A DNA stretch of 64,000 nucleotides from Raillietiella orientalis (taxonomy: Eukaryota). Below the pieces are notes generated by a model that saw nothing but the letters and a program-made list of their open reading frames with translations, had not been told where the DNA came from and searched no databases. Where the stretch lies: NCBI GenBank assembly GCA_036172245.1, contig JAYWIR010000020.1, positions 3,162,001 to 3,226,000 of the forward strand, in the 5' to 3' direction. Numbering within the stretch: position 1 is the stretch's first letter; each line of letters starts with the position of its first letter. Of the stretch, positions 24,010 to 37,700 are shown one piece after another. Both the position numbers and the translations under genes were made by a program.

Positions 24010-26769
24010 TCAGGGGCTGGAGGGAGGGACGCAGGGCACGCGGGTCACGCTGACGGCGTCGCGACCGGCGCCCCAGGAGCAGAACTCGAAGTGGTCAAAG
24101 CCGACGCAGGCGGCGCCTAGCCGCCCTTGGGAGTCCGAAGCCACCAGGGCACCGTGCACGGAAGGGTAGACCTTGGAGATGCGCGCGAGGGCTCTGTGGG
24201 CAGCCTCGGAGGCGTTGGCTCCGTGCCTCATCTCCTCCACAGCGACGAAGCTGAGGATACGGTTGCCCTGGAGACGCACCGGCGCTGCCTCTCCCGGAGC
24301 GTTACCTGGGAACGAAGCGCATGAGGACGTCCCCGTCCCCCGTAGCAGCGGCCGCTCCGATGTCCTGGTCCACATATGCCCCCGATCCGGGGATGGGGGA
24401 GTCTCCGACCCTCCTGGAGCGCGGGAGAGGGAGCAGGATGAGCCCCGGATACCTCGCGAGCACCCTCCCAATAGGGCGCGTCTCTCTCCCGGGAAACCAT
24501 GGGGACCTCTTCCCGAGTGAGGAAACTCTGGAGTTCTCTCCCCAACACGGGGAGGGCAAGAGGTCGTCCCTCAGGGGGGTCCCTACTCACCCGGGGATCT
24601 TGAACCTTGCCCCGTTGGTGGACGTGCCTACGGCGATTCGGCCCCCTGAGTCCATGGCGATCATGCCGATGGTGTCCTGGATCTCCCCTCCCAGCGGGAC
24701 GTAGCTGAAGCGCGAGCTGTAGGGTCCGCAGTGGGTGCGAGGATCGGGCGTCACTTCCTGGAAGAGGGTGGGTGGCGGACCGTTCCCTGGGCAGGCGGTG
24801 AATGGCGGTGGCTCCTGCACCTTCCAGAAATTGGGCTGGCAGCCGCGTCCCTTCCAGTCCTCCCACTCCTGGAGGGAATCGTTCGACGAGATGTTCTCCT
24901 CGGAGAAGCCCATCCGCGCGGCGAACCGCGCCGCCTTCTCTCCGACGAGCAGCGAGTGCTCGGTGTGCTCCAGGACCATCCTGGCCACCCGGATTGCGCT
25001 CCTCACTCGGATCAGTCCCCCGACGGCGCCCACGTCGTGCGTCCTTCTGGAAGGGAGCAGGGAGCTGGGGAGAGAGTGACCTAGCGAGGTTGCCGTAAGG
25101 ACAGCAATCGGTAGAGACAAGAGGAGAATCCTTGCAACCGCGTCCTGCCCACAGCTCTAGGGACGGCAGACTGCGGAAGCTTCCTCTGGAGAAGACGGAT
25201 GGGGGCCCCACCGCAGTGGTCACCGCTGGACGAGCAACAAGGAGGCTCTCAACACTTTCTAGGATTATCGGGTTCTCACGACGCGACGTAAGGGCTCCTT
25301 TGCCCTTGCGTCTCTTTTTATCTTCGAGACTCTTTCCAGCAAGGCAGTTTCTAGAACCTCCCGCAGATGCAGCAAGAGCGCGGCTAGCGGCTCGAGAGGG
25401 CACGACTTGAAGGCAAATGCAGTTTTCAGATGCTCCGCTAGATGACAGCGGCGTCTTCTTTCCACGGGGTTCGCCGCGTGCAGGGCGAGCAGTCGAGCGC
25501 GGAGCGCGTTCCCGCTCTTGGAAAACGGAAGCTTGACGAGAGATCCGGATGACTTCACGAGTGCGAGCATCGCTGGTTTCGAGCGTAAAGAACAGGGGGA
25601 GCAGGGAGGCTGTCGCGAGTTCGCCCTGGCGGCAAAGACTGCCCCTGGTTACGCGAGGGGGGAGGATTCTGAACGGCGTCGTCAAGGAAGAAGGAAGCAT
25701 CTGCACGTTCGCGTGCGCCTTACCCGTTACGGGTCCGTTCGACGGAAGCGCACGATGCACCAAGACGCGACCCTTCCTCCCCGGAGATGGCGTCACAATC
25801 AGGCTACCGGAGATCCCCCCGGAGCCATCCGTCCGCGCGGAGTAGCGCTCGCGATGGTTCCACAGGGCCGCGGCGGAGAGCTCCTGGCGGATGCGCTCCC
25901 GACCCGTCCGCTTCGAGCCAGGGAGAACCCCTCTGTGTGTGGCAGGCGAAGATGCTGGACCACGGCTCGTCCAGACGGTGCCGATGAGCAGCGTGGCGAG
26001 CAGAGGAAGGAGACGCGTCCACTCCCGGCGGACGGAGCCCAGTGGTCCTTCCGGACTACGACGTCAGCGGTCTCCAGGAAACGGGGAGCGACGACGACCC
26101 GTGCACAGGGGATCCGCTGAACGCGCCCTCAACGGCCAAAGGGGAGAGATGTGGATCCGAGAGAGGCGTGGGGGGAGGCGGCACGGGTTACGGGCCGCGC
26201 GGCGAGTAGTCGAGGGGTGCGCACGAGGGATTCGGACAGACGGGCAACCGCGCTTCGCGCCCTTCGGCGACGCGGTGGTTGCCCCGAGCGTCCTTCCGAA
26301 CGCCGGGAATACTGCCGGACTGCCGCTCCTAAGGATCGGGCGCCTTGGTCCGCTGCCTTTCGTCCAGCTCAGGGTCCGGATCGGCCGGAGGCGCGACCCA
26401 TCCGGCGCTTGGCAGTAGGAAAGCGCCTTTCGGGGAGCTTCCCTCCTGAGGAGGGGGAAAAGCAGCGCTGACTCACCCGTCCATGATCATGGCGTCCAGG
26501 GCGCTATCCCCCTCCTCGTCGGGACTGCCTCCCGGCCCCACGGTGCCTCCGCACCGGGCCCTCTCGCAGGCGGACAGCCCCTCCTCCACCGCGTCCAGCG
26601 ATGATCCTCCTCCTTCCAGAACCTCTTTGGCCGCTGTGGTGGCGACCTCGAACCGCCAGGTGTTGACCACGAAGGGATTGCTCTCCTCAGAAGGAAACGG
26701 AGAGAGACCGACCGCCGCCGCCGCGACTAGAATTCGGAGTGGAAGTTGCAGGCAAGGCATTCGGGACAT
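24010..26769 (-). CDS. AGA: N(4)-(beta-N-acetylglucosaminyl)-L-asparaginase (glycosylasparaginase, Ntn hydrolase), complete
   Basis: complement(join(24010-24250, 24306-24413, 24591-24757, 24821-25046, 26477-26769)) gives 344 aa with all GT-AG introns in consistent phase. Signal-peptide-like N terminus, [49 protein letters not shown] nucleophile, [40 protein letters not shown]. Confidence 0.95.
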
Positions 26770-28659
26770 GCAGGGCTGATCACCCTGGAGACGGCAGGCG
26801 GAGCACGGAGAGCCTCGGGGGGTCGGAGAGGGGTCTTTCCGTTGATCCTGGAAAGAGGGGGAGGCGCACCGGGAGAGCCGGCCGCAACCAAGAAAAGGGG
26901 CGCAGACCCCCCTCCCATCCCTCCCGCTTCCGGCTCGGGGCCGCTCTGGCCTATGACGAGATCGTCACCTAATCCCTATAGACGAGGACCCCGAAGATCC
27001 CCCTCAGGCTTGGTCGGGAGTCCCTGAATGTCCCTCCCCTCCTGTGAGGAGGGGGTGCGAGGGCGGGGGATCCCCATGCGCCGGAGGGCGGTACAGGAAA
27101 TCCCCTCCCAGGTACAGGAAATGCCCCCCTTCCTTCCCTGTACCTGAGAGAAAGGAACGCGTCGAGGATGGCAAGGAGGGGTGACAGGGCGCCACCCCAA
27201 AGGGGGTTGAAGTTCGCAGAGGAGCTCTACTCGTCGCTGGCACTGAGCGCCACGCAGCGGCGGTGGTGACGAAGGGCGGGAGGGAACGCCGCCGCACCCA
27301 CCCCGTCGTCATGGCTGCGGCCCTCTCGCAGGCCCTCGGTGCCCGACATGGCAACGGGCCAATGCTCCTTGAAGGACCCGAGGGCGCGCACGTTCTGAAG
27401 GAACGGCAAGGGAAGGGGAGGAACCCGGAGCACCCCAGAGCGAGGAGGGGAACGTCGTTCCAGGGAGACGATGCGGTTTCCTCCTCCCGCGTCACCTCCG
27501 GAAGCGCCGGGAAGTTTGAAGGGGAGGAGGGTGGATGACCTTTAGATGCCTCGTCGAAGAGGAGGAGGACCAGGGGGTAGGGCGGATCCCCCTCCAGGAA
27601 AAGAGAAACAGGCTGCCACTCCCCCTTTCTACTCCTAGGAAAAGCAGATGCTGGAGATGCCCCTCCCTCGCCCGCGCGCCGTTTTCTTGGCCCGCGGATC
27701 GCGTGAAACCGCCCAGGAGGCACCTCCCTCCCCTTCCCAGCCCTTATTCTCGCCCTCCTGCTCCCCTCTTCTCCTACCTCCTCCGCCCCCGCGCCTCCGC
27801 TCACCTGGAAACACCGCGAAAGGGGTCCGGGGAGGATGCGAAGCTGCAGCAGCTTCCCGCCAACCGCGAAGCGACTCCACTGCCACGCCGCGCGCGCTCC
27901 TTCGCTTCCGCCAGTTTCCACGGGAACCGCCTCCGGCTTCGGGTTGGCAGCTGGGCCTTCTCGATGGCTTCGCCTCGGTGGAGCCGCTTCCACGTAAGAG
28001 ACATCGGGAACGGATACTCTTGTGAGATAGGAGGATGGGGGGGGGGGGATGCAGCGTGGAGGAGGATGCAATCGATCGAAGGGGAGGGTGAGGAGGAGGT
28101 GGCGCCCCTTTCTCGCCGCCTCGCACAAGGGAAGAAGGACCCTTCGCTCAAGGAAGGCAAAACGGAAAGGGTGCTCAAGTGCAAGTGCTGCCTCTGGAGG
28201 CACCGACGACAGCGGCGGCCGCAATGGCGGCAGCAACAGCCGTAGGAAAGAATGGGACAAGCAAGCAGCGGCGAAAGCGGCCGGAGTAACAGCAGCGCTA
28301 GCGGCGATGGTCGTAATGAGCGGTGTAGGCTGACTAGTAACAGTAGTCGTAGGTGGCAGTGATAGTGACCAGTGGTGCAGTCGTCACGACCGTGGAGGTG
28401 GCAGCACCGGCAGCATCGGTGATGACGGCAGTTGAGGTGGCGCCAGCTGCGACGGCGGCAGGGATGCCGTTGCCTCCAACAGCACCAGGAGGGGCCAGCG
28501 TCCTCGAGCGCGTGGCCAGGCAGCAGACACCCCTCCTTGAGGGGGGAGGGGGACAAGAACTCCCTGGAGCGGTGAGGAGGGCTGTTTCGCAAGTGCGCTC
28601 CGGGAAGCACCCCCCGTACGTCCAGCCCAGACTATCCCAGCCTGAAAGGGTTGCGTGCC

Positions 28660-28665
28660 TTTATT
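28660..28665 (-). promoter_or_regulatory. Probable polyadenylation signal of APMAP-like gene
   Basis: TTTATT on + (AATAAA on -) about 100 nt downstream of the predicted TAG at 28768. Confidence 0.55.
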
Positions 28666-28767
28666 GAGCATATTAGCAGCCATCCATCCGGCAGCCAGAC
28701 GGGGAGGGGGGGGGGGGGCGTTACCTCGGCGCCGACGGATGGAGGAACACGTCTGGAACAGCCGACC

Positions 28768-31700
28768 CTACTCGAGGCTTCCGTTCTCCCGGTTCGCGGC
28801 TGCTGCGGAACCTCCGGCCGCCAGCAGCACCTTCCCGTGTCCTTGCAATATGACTTCCGGTACGGCATTGGTTTCGCGTTCAGCCTCCGGCACTGGGATG
28901 GTGTCTAACGTGGCGCTGCTATCCGGGGGCTTGTTCACTGCACACGGAGGAAGAGAGCCCGCTGCCCCGGCGGGAGTCGTCCAGCCCTCCCACCTGGATT
29001 CTCGACCTTCCAGATGAAATCGTTCTTCGGCGAACCCAGGTACAGGTAGTGCCCGACTTCTATGACCTCGCTGAAATCCATCGCACCCTGGTCAGTATTG
29101 TGGTAGCTCCTGATGATCTTCCCATGCACGTTAAATTCGAGGGCGAGGCCGTAGTTCCTGAGGAACCCCGTTCCATCCATGATGCGTAGGTCCAGCGGCT
29201 TGAAGTCGAAATCTGAGGACGTCGCTTGCAGGGTGAAACCGCCCGGAAAATTCACCTTCTATGGTCTTGCGGGATTTGGAGCTCCTGAGAGCGTACTGGA
29301 GCAGCAGCTTGCCCTTCTCCAGGAGGTAGTCGGCCACGTACAGGAAGCGCAGGACGAGACGTCGCAGGAAGGGCAGCTTCCCCAGCAGGTTCTCGAAGTT
29401 CCGGCTCGTCGGCAGGCAGACGATGCCGACCAGTAGGGTGTTGCGGGTGGAGAGCTTGATGTTGTCCGGCAGACCGGGCAGGTTTTTGATGATGACCTTC
29501 GCGTTGGAGGACTTGACTCCCTTCACGTCGAACCTACGAGGTCATAGTGGGAGGCGGAAAGAACCGATGACGTGGACGGGGGGATCTCCCTTCCCTTCTC
29601 CCCTTCTTCTTGTTCTTCGGAAAAGTGGGAGGAAGCAGAGGATGGAGGTGGTCCGATGAACGAGCGACTTCCTCCTCCTCCTCCTCACCAGAAGCAGCCC
29701 GTATCCCCTCTGCACCGCCTTCCTCGTTCCCGTGATCTCCGCGTATGATTCGCGCGCCTGGCGGACCTCGTTTAGAGATCTCCGCACGTCAGGAGTGTCC
29801 ACATCTCCGGTTTTCCTCGATTTCCGGTAAGGACCGGGAAGCGCCACGAAAGAGTGGCAGAAACAGAGCCCGTCGGAGCCACTCGCTGTAGAAGGGCAGC
29901 CCTTCGCTCTCCCTTCGCTTCTAACATTTACCGCTCGAACCTCGACCGGGCATCACAGGAAGCTCCGGCCTCCGACGAGCCGGGTTGCTCCCGGATGGAG
30001 GATGCCAGCCTCCGCAGAACGTCCTGGTTGCTTGGAAACGGAATGTCGCTCACATCGGACTTTTCGAGAATCCGCCCTCGATCAACAAGGAGGAAGACGG
30101 AAAACGCAGCGACGGCGGGCCAAGAGAAGAGCGAAGATGCATCGAGATGACGGGATGGTGAGGCTGCTGCGCGTGAGCAGCTGCCCTCGCACGGTCCCCC
30201 TGGACTGGCAGCTGACTGCGGGCGGCATTTCTTCCGCGAGGCCGACTGCTATGAAAGAAGCAGCGTCGTCGAGAGGGAGGTGACCTCCTCCATCGATCGC
30301 GCCAAGCGAAGTTCGCGGGCCGCAGAACCCTCTGTGAACTGCGACAACCCCCTCGTTAGGAGGCCTGGCTTCCGGGCTTCCGATGGAGCGGCGACGTTTC
30401 GGTCTGCAACCAGGAACATCCAGTCTCACTGAGGACGGGCTCGACTATTCCAGAAACATTGCGAAACCGCTACGATGCCAACAGCACGTGCCACGGTGAA
30501 GAGAAAAAAGAATCTTTTTTTCCACTCTCTCTCCCTCTCTTCGGAATCGAAGTTCCAGAGAACACAAGAATCATCCAGCAGCAAGACTGATTCTTGCGCG
30601 GGTAGAATCAGTACGCGTTGGCGGCCACGTGGCTGCGGCTGCCGCGCGTTGCAGAATCGAATCCTCGCGTGGACGAGCAACGCCGACATAAAAAAGGGGG
30701 GAGGGCATCGTGGGTCTGGAAGCCTCCCCGCAGGATGATGCTGGTTGACCCATTCGGCTGCGGCACTGGTGGAATCCGGATGTCCCTCTGGACTGACTCC
30801 CGGGATTGGAAGTTGACCCTCCGGGATCTTTCCAGGAATCAAGGAACCCTTCAGAGTTCCACCCTTTGGTTTGCAAAAATGGAGCCATCCCTAACTCTTC
30901 CCCTTCTTGAGGATCTCTCCATCACGTTTCATGGGACAGGCTTGTACTCCTTTCCGGGGCTCGCCTCTCCAGAGTGTCAAGAAGCGCGCTGCACCCCTTC
31001 AGGGAGAGTCTCTTAGAGAGACTTGAGAGCGTCCCTTCGGGGTTCTCTTCAGAGGGACGGATCCTTTCCGGATTTCTTCCAGAAAGGAAATGAGAAGCGG
31101 CCTTTACAAACCGGTGTTGCCTCCGGAGAGAACAAGGAAGAGGTCCACTTCGGGGTTCCCTTTGAAGACCAGGCCTAGTGGTTCCCTTCGGCGTTTCCTG
31201 ACAAGCATGAGAGGAACTTCCTCCAGAACCTTCCTGGATTCATGGGGTGGTCCCTCTGAAGTTTCCCTCTAACTTGAAGAGCTACTACACGCACCCTCAT
31301 GTGACGTGGAACAGGGCTGAAGAGCTCCGTGAGCCTTCAGGCGATTCGGTGGTTCCTGAGCACTTAGCGGACCAGAGATGCGAAGGACGCCGTCAACCGG
31401 AGTCCCGCAGACTCCTCAATGCCAGAAGCAGCTCGGCAGTCGAGAGTCCCTTCGAGAAAACCGGAGAAGGTACCCACCGGTTGGTGAGGAGAATCCCGGA
31501 TCTGTGCGCGGTCCTTTCCTCCCGTTGCTGAGAATATCTTCCGCCTTCTATGTGCGGATCCCGTCTCCCACTGCCTGGACGGCCGGCAGCCGCGATCGAG
31601 AACTCGCCGGCGAAGAAGCTCTCCAAGTCCCCGAAACCTCCTTCGGGGTGGACCCCGCGCTCTCCTCTCCGGCGGCCCAGGAAGAAGGCGGATCGCAGGT

Positions 31701-34700
31701 CTCTGCAAGGAGCTCGCTGGAAAGCGAGCGCGAATCGCCACCACCGGTGGCGGGTCGATCGCGCCGCGCCACCGGCACGCAGGCTCTACCGCTCGACGGA
31801 CCCCTCGATCGATTTCCGCAGCAGGGAGCCCTCTGCACGCGGATTCGCGTCGAGATGGACCCACCCGGGAAGACGAAAGGATGCCCGTTGGTATCCGACA
31901 GAGGATCAACACACATCGCGGAGATCGCAAAAGATAAATTTTACGTTCAGTTGCCTGGGATTTACGGGAGGCAGCATCCTCCTGAAGAACATACAGCAGC
32001 GCGTCGGCTGCTACAAGACATGCTCCTGCAGCGAAACCCGGAAGATGCGATCTTCACCTTCGCGAGCTCGCGGTGCGCGAAGCGATCGGCGGGATCGACG
32101 CGGGCGCCCTCCTGGCGGTTTCCGGCACGAGGGGAGAGATTTTCTGGGACGGGAAGCACCTCGTCGAACCGCTTGCCAGCCTCCCATCTCGTCGCACTGG
32201 GACACGTCTCCAGGGACGCTCTTCGTGACATGTGCCCTGCCGATCTGGGATCCCCGACGATGGCCCAGGACAGCGATACTCAATCTACGGCCCTCCAAGG
32301 TCGTATATGGAAGCTCGGTATCGAGTATCGATCGAGATTGGTATCGAGGTTTCTCCAAAAAGCTACAAGATCGTGCTGAATTCTTTGGTTGCCGCCTTAT
32401 CCGAGGAATTTAAAAGAAGATTTCAGGATTTAAGAAATGGTAAAGATTGTTTTGTTGCTAGCAGAAAAAATCCCTGGCACTTAAAAGCAGCTCCCATCAC
32501 ACAATGAGCTGCATTTGTTGAAATGATGACTCGGTGCTATTTGACGAATCTATCGGATTCCAGAATGATTCGAATCCAGAAGCCACTCTTGAACAAATGA
32601 AAGAGGGAAAAGAGTACTCGGAATTTTGGAACTGAGTGCTTGACAGATGCAAGACTGCACAGAAACACGCTCTTGTGATCCTCACGTTGTTTAGATCAAC
32701 TTGTCTTTGAGAATCGTCTTATCCAAAAATGAAATATGCAAAGAACAACACATACAGGAATCAGCTTACTGATTCTCACCTTGATGATGTATTACGTTCG
32801 ATAGAGGAGATGACCGTGCCTGCGGAGATTCGAGGAGCTGCCATGACAGGAAGCAGTGCACAGCAAAGGGTTTGCTGTATTCTGTTCCCGTTGTTCTCTT
32901 TCTCAAAGTTTTTCTCGCATTCCGACACTTTATGTAAAGGATCATTTTAGGTCACATTACCAGGAGGAAATAAATGGTTTTTTTCTCTCTTTTTTTCTTA
33001 TTTCAGAAACCATCTATCAATCTGATTTATCTAAAATAGTCAAAAAGTTCTCAACATCGAATATTAGACTAATTTTTAAATGAACGCTTGGTTTCGTTTA
33101 GATTTTGAGTTTTATTTTTTTTTTACACGATTATATTATAATATATAACGTACTCTACACAGCCCCCATAATGTCGCAAATGTATGTGACCCGAAAAGAA
33201 GAAAGGTTGAGTATCACTGGCCCAGGAGGAGGCGCTGAGGAAGGTGGGTCGCCTGCTGAAGAGTGAGCTGCACGTCCTTCGAATACTTCGGGGGAAGGCA
33301 GGAGTTCGCTCTCGATGCCCCGATTGAAAATGGCAGCAGTGACTTCCCTGCTGGACCACCACGGGGAGGAGTACGGCTGCGATTTACCTTCACTCGACGG
33401 ATTCATTCGGACGGCGCCGCATGGAATCGCTCAAGTGGAGCCGGGAAGACGGAATCTACCTCCACGACAGAACCTACGTTCTTATTATCCGTTCTGACGT
33501 ACATATTTGTGTAAAGATGAAGATACATCATTCATGATCTTCCAGGATTTCGAGCCAGACCGGTTTTGGTTCATAAATTCTGACCCGGTCGCCGCGGCGC
33601 GACCGGGTCAAATTAGGAGCGGCGCTCGAACGACTGCGTAAGACGTTGCGATTCCGATCCTGATAGGAACAAAGGGAAAGCAAGGAGGGAAAGGGAAAAA
33701 CGATTGCCACGGACCCTTTCCCTCCGTTGGCTACAGGGGTCCCCTCCGGCGAGAGTTTGTCCCGCCGCCACGACTCTCAGAGTCTCCGACGCCCTCTTTG
33801 ACAGAGGCCATCGCCTCTGTCCTCGGTCCCAGCTGCGGACTGGTTCGAGGGCGCACGATCTCCGCCGAATAGTTCGATCAAAGGAACTCCCCGTCCAGGA
33901 TACGGCTGGAAGGACTCTCGTCATCTCTCGGCGGAAACGCCAGTGCAGAGGAAACTCCTTCCCCGGAGAGGAAATGCTCGGCGGGGGTGGTAGGAGAGGC
34001 GTCGGACCGCTGGAGAGCTCGAAGAATTTAGGGGAAAGACCACAGGAATGGCGTCCGCTTTCGCCCACTCCCAACTCGAAAAGCTGTTTCCCCGGACCGC
34101 GCCCTTCAAGAGCTCAGACAGGCGACCGTGGACGCTCGCGACTTCCGGAAACCGACCCAGTGCGTCCTCAGGTCGAGAGAGATACCGAGGCGCACTCTCA
34201 TGGAGCTGATTCCGCAAGAGCGCTTCCTCATTGTGGCTCCCCGATACCGGACCAGAGAAGCACACAAGGAGGCGCTCACCTGGCCACTCCGCCTAATGGC
34301 GCAGTTGAACAAAAAAAAATTCGCCTCTTCCTGCAGCGCCCTCTCCCTCAGCACGGTCCGCCTCCAGGATCGAGTCCTCCAGAGCTGCACTCACAGATGT
34401 GCTGCGCCCCTCTCCGGGACTCGCACGCGCGCAAGCCGCGCGAGAGAGAGCTGCGCGCCCTTCTCCTCCGGACGACCGAACGCGCACGCCGACACCCTCA
34501 CTTGTGCCTTCCTCCCTTGGAACGCAACTCCCGGGGAACCCAGGCGTCTTTACGAGAGACGAGGACACGTTCCTCGAAGCGTCCTCTTCGACTAAGGGAC
34601 TAGGCCGTCGTGCTCACCTCCAGATGCGCCTTGCGAAGGTCTCTGCCAAGAACAGGTACTTTCTGTCCTTCGACAACTGGACGCCGTTGGCGAAATGCAG

Positions 34701-37700
34701 GTTCTTCGCGAGGACGAAATTCCTTTTCGTCTGTATGTTGTACGCCAGGAGTCTGCAAGGTTGGCGCTTAGCTGGGGACCTGTTTTCCTGGAAACGGATT
34801 ACCTCCCACTCGGGTGACCCAGTAACTCGGTCATCATGGAGTCCAGGTTGCCGGTGGTGCTCGAATCTGTCCAGTATATCACGTTTTTGTAGATGTCCAG
34901 AGAGTTGGGAAGCTGTACTTTCTTGTCTTCGATGACCTTGTTTATGCCGATTATGGACTGCGGGGTCTGCCTTCCTGCTCATCACGAGAGGGTGTCCCGC
35001 TGGAAAACGCCTGCCTACTCACGTTTGCTGATGTCCACTTGGTAGATTCCCATGTAGGCATCCGCTACAATGAGCTTTTGGTTATTGTAGATCCTCATGC
35101 CGAGGGGACGACCCGGGTGACCTGACACAGATGGAGATTTGCACAGATTGAACAGCAGTAAGAGCGATGGAGTTCATCTTCCCGCAACGCGTCCTGCCCT
35201 TCGAGGGTGCGTTGCCTACCTGGGCTCGCCGGACTGGGAAACTAACCGGAAGATTCTCGAGGTTTCCCACCCGGCACTCTGGAGACTCTGCAAGGATCGC
35301 TCCAAAGGGGGGCAAACTGAGCTCGGAGCGATCCCTCCCTCCCATTCCTTGCAAACCACGTCCATCCGTGTTTCCGTTGCACACTTGAACCCTTGAATTG
35401 CGGAAACGCTCATCCTTACGACCGCCGGTCACGTGGTCCATTCCCTCCACTCGAATCCAAGCTAGTTTCCCAGGGAAGGAGCTACCATCCCACCACTCAG
35501 AGTACAAGACGCGTTGCTAAGTGGCAGCAAGCTGCGGTTTGCTTTCCCAAAACCCCACCCTGATCCTTGGATCTCACGCCCTTTTCGATGTAACGTTCTC
35601 TCCTTTGAGCAGAACCTTTCTCACTGGATCGGTCCCCTGCTCTTGCCGACCAATGCAGGTGGAGGAAGAGGAGAAGAGAGACACTCACTGTAAAGGGGGC
35701 ATTCAGACGAGGCGTGCAGCCTGCACTCCGAAGCACGGAGCGCCTGGGGCAGCACCTGGGGCACCTCGAATTTTTTGCACTCCTGGATCGAGCTGCCGGA
35801 AAACGCGTTCCTTGATTCGGAACTCCATTCCGGTGAGAAATGCCGCCTTCAGCGTCCCTGAAACCCCTCCAGAACTGGAATCTCTGAACGGCACTTCTGA
35901 GATGAGGCTTGCGGGTGTTCTTACTTGTTTCACACCGATCCGAGTCTCCGTGCCCCAGCTTAGAAGCGCCATCTTCTGTCCTCCGCAGAGACCTCTATTG
36001 CTCTCGGCATTACGGGTGAGTGCTGTGGTAGGTCGCATCCTCCAGCATCTCTGCTAGTATCCTGGCAACCTTTTTCCTTTACAAATCTCATGGCAGTACT
36101 GAAGTGTCTGACTGGTGTGGGTGGGATCCTCCACAATTTCTACACCATCTGTGCGTCCTGGCGCGTTCCCATGCACCATCCCCTTCCGTCACTGGGTCGC
36201 CTTCGTGATCTTGGTCGCATTGATCCGTTTTCAAAATTAGAAAACTTTCAAACATCTGTTTCCAGTAAAGTGGGTCCCAGGAGATCGAACGGGAGCCAAT
36301 GATGCGGGAATGGCCAGGAGTCGTTTGATATCTCCCTCTTTTGATGCTATCAACTCGATCTCGCATTGGCACGCAGGTACACATGGATTGGATGCACTTC
36401 ATTGGAGGCATCTTCTGAAGTAAGCAAACTGACCATGCCAGATTGATGGCACGGTCGATTGACTCGCTCGAGAGATCAGCTATCCTGGCATCTGATCGAT
36501 TTCTCTTCTTCCTGCTTCCAAAACGCGGATCAACGTAGGTATCCCAAGGTATCATCTTGTCCTTCAGAGACCACTCGTGCCTTTGTCCGAACAGCCCCAC
36601 TCGCCTTGCATTCGCCAAATCATCCCTCCGAAACCTTTCTGATAACCCTTCTGTATTTGCCCCCGCTTCGATTTTCAGGTCCCCTGAGTATTTTTTCAAA
36701 TTCTCCATCCCTGAGCGGAACATCGGAGGTTCAGCGGCATGATTGACACTCGCTTCCAAACGGGTGGCTGTCGGTCGTGCTTCAACAAGGCGGCCCCTGG
36801 GCTAGAGCACGGGATGGGTTCTGCAGCGCGCTTCACCTCCATCAACTAGCAAACCTGCAAACTGACCCGTTGGCCTGCTTTTCTCCGTCCACCACCGAAT
36901 GCGCGGGAGCAAGATTCATGCATTCTGCATCACCCTTTGGACGGACAGCAGCTTCAAACAAAAAGAAACTGCCCTTGGGCAGGCGAACGAAAGATGGAGG
37001 TCTGGCCGCTGCGCTGCTCACTGTTACTTTCTTCTATGCGTCAAACTGTGGCAGTTCTTGCCGTCATCTTACGGATATCAAGATTTCGACTCTTCTCCCG
37101 GAGGGATTTCTTGCCCAGCTGTCTTTAGGACAGTGCAGTCCGCTAGTTCCCGACTTCATCGCTCCACTCCTCAGCAGGGTTTCCAGCGCGATTTTCAAGT
37201 CTCCAGAAGGGTTGAAATGAACGAAGGAGGAGAAACGAACCCGAGATGGAGTCCCCCCCCCCCCCTTCCACACGCACACACCACCACAGTTTTCTCGCCC
37301 GCCCGAAGCGCAGCGCAGGGTCACCAAGGAGTGACTATCCCTTCCTCCTCACCAATCCGTTGCATTTGACAGTGGCATCCCTTATTTTCTTCAGCAAATT
37401 TTCCCAAGGAATAATGGTCGTAAAGTGTGATGTTGCCGGGGTCTAATTTACTTACATCTGAAGTTCTCGACGTGCAATCGTGTTCGAACACTGGTTTGTT
37501 TCATTCATAATCCTGACTTTGAAATCCCATCTTCGTCCCGCCATTGTGAAAGCTTGTCGCAGGGAGATCACCGAGACGAGCAGGAGGTATCAACTGGCGA
37601 GATACCTGCGTGACCTCATTGAGTAGCCAAGTCTAAAGGTGTTCTTCCATTTTTGTTTTTAGCATTCGAACCAGCCCTTTTTTCAAAGGGGGGATTCTAC

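Noticed and set aside
24228..25796. 522 aa minus-strand ORF
   Set aside because: Off-frame read-through of GC-rich AGA exons and introns; Arg/Pro/Gly-rich with no domain.
27004..28667. Long low-complexity ORFs and an Ala/Thr/Val-rich stretch considered as the hemomucin mucin tail
   Set aside because: It lies downstream of the predicted APMAP stop and poly(A) signal, is broken by stops and frameshifts, and no splice path to it was found. Origin unresolved.
35429..35444. 16 bp match TCACGTGGTCCATTCC shared with ~43219, containing an E-box/CLEAR-like core
   Set aside because: No extended homology and far from the AGA promoter; may be chance.
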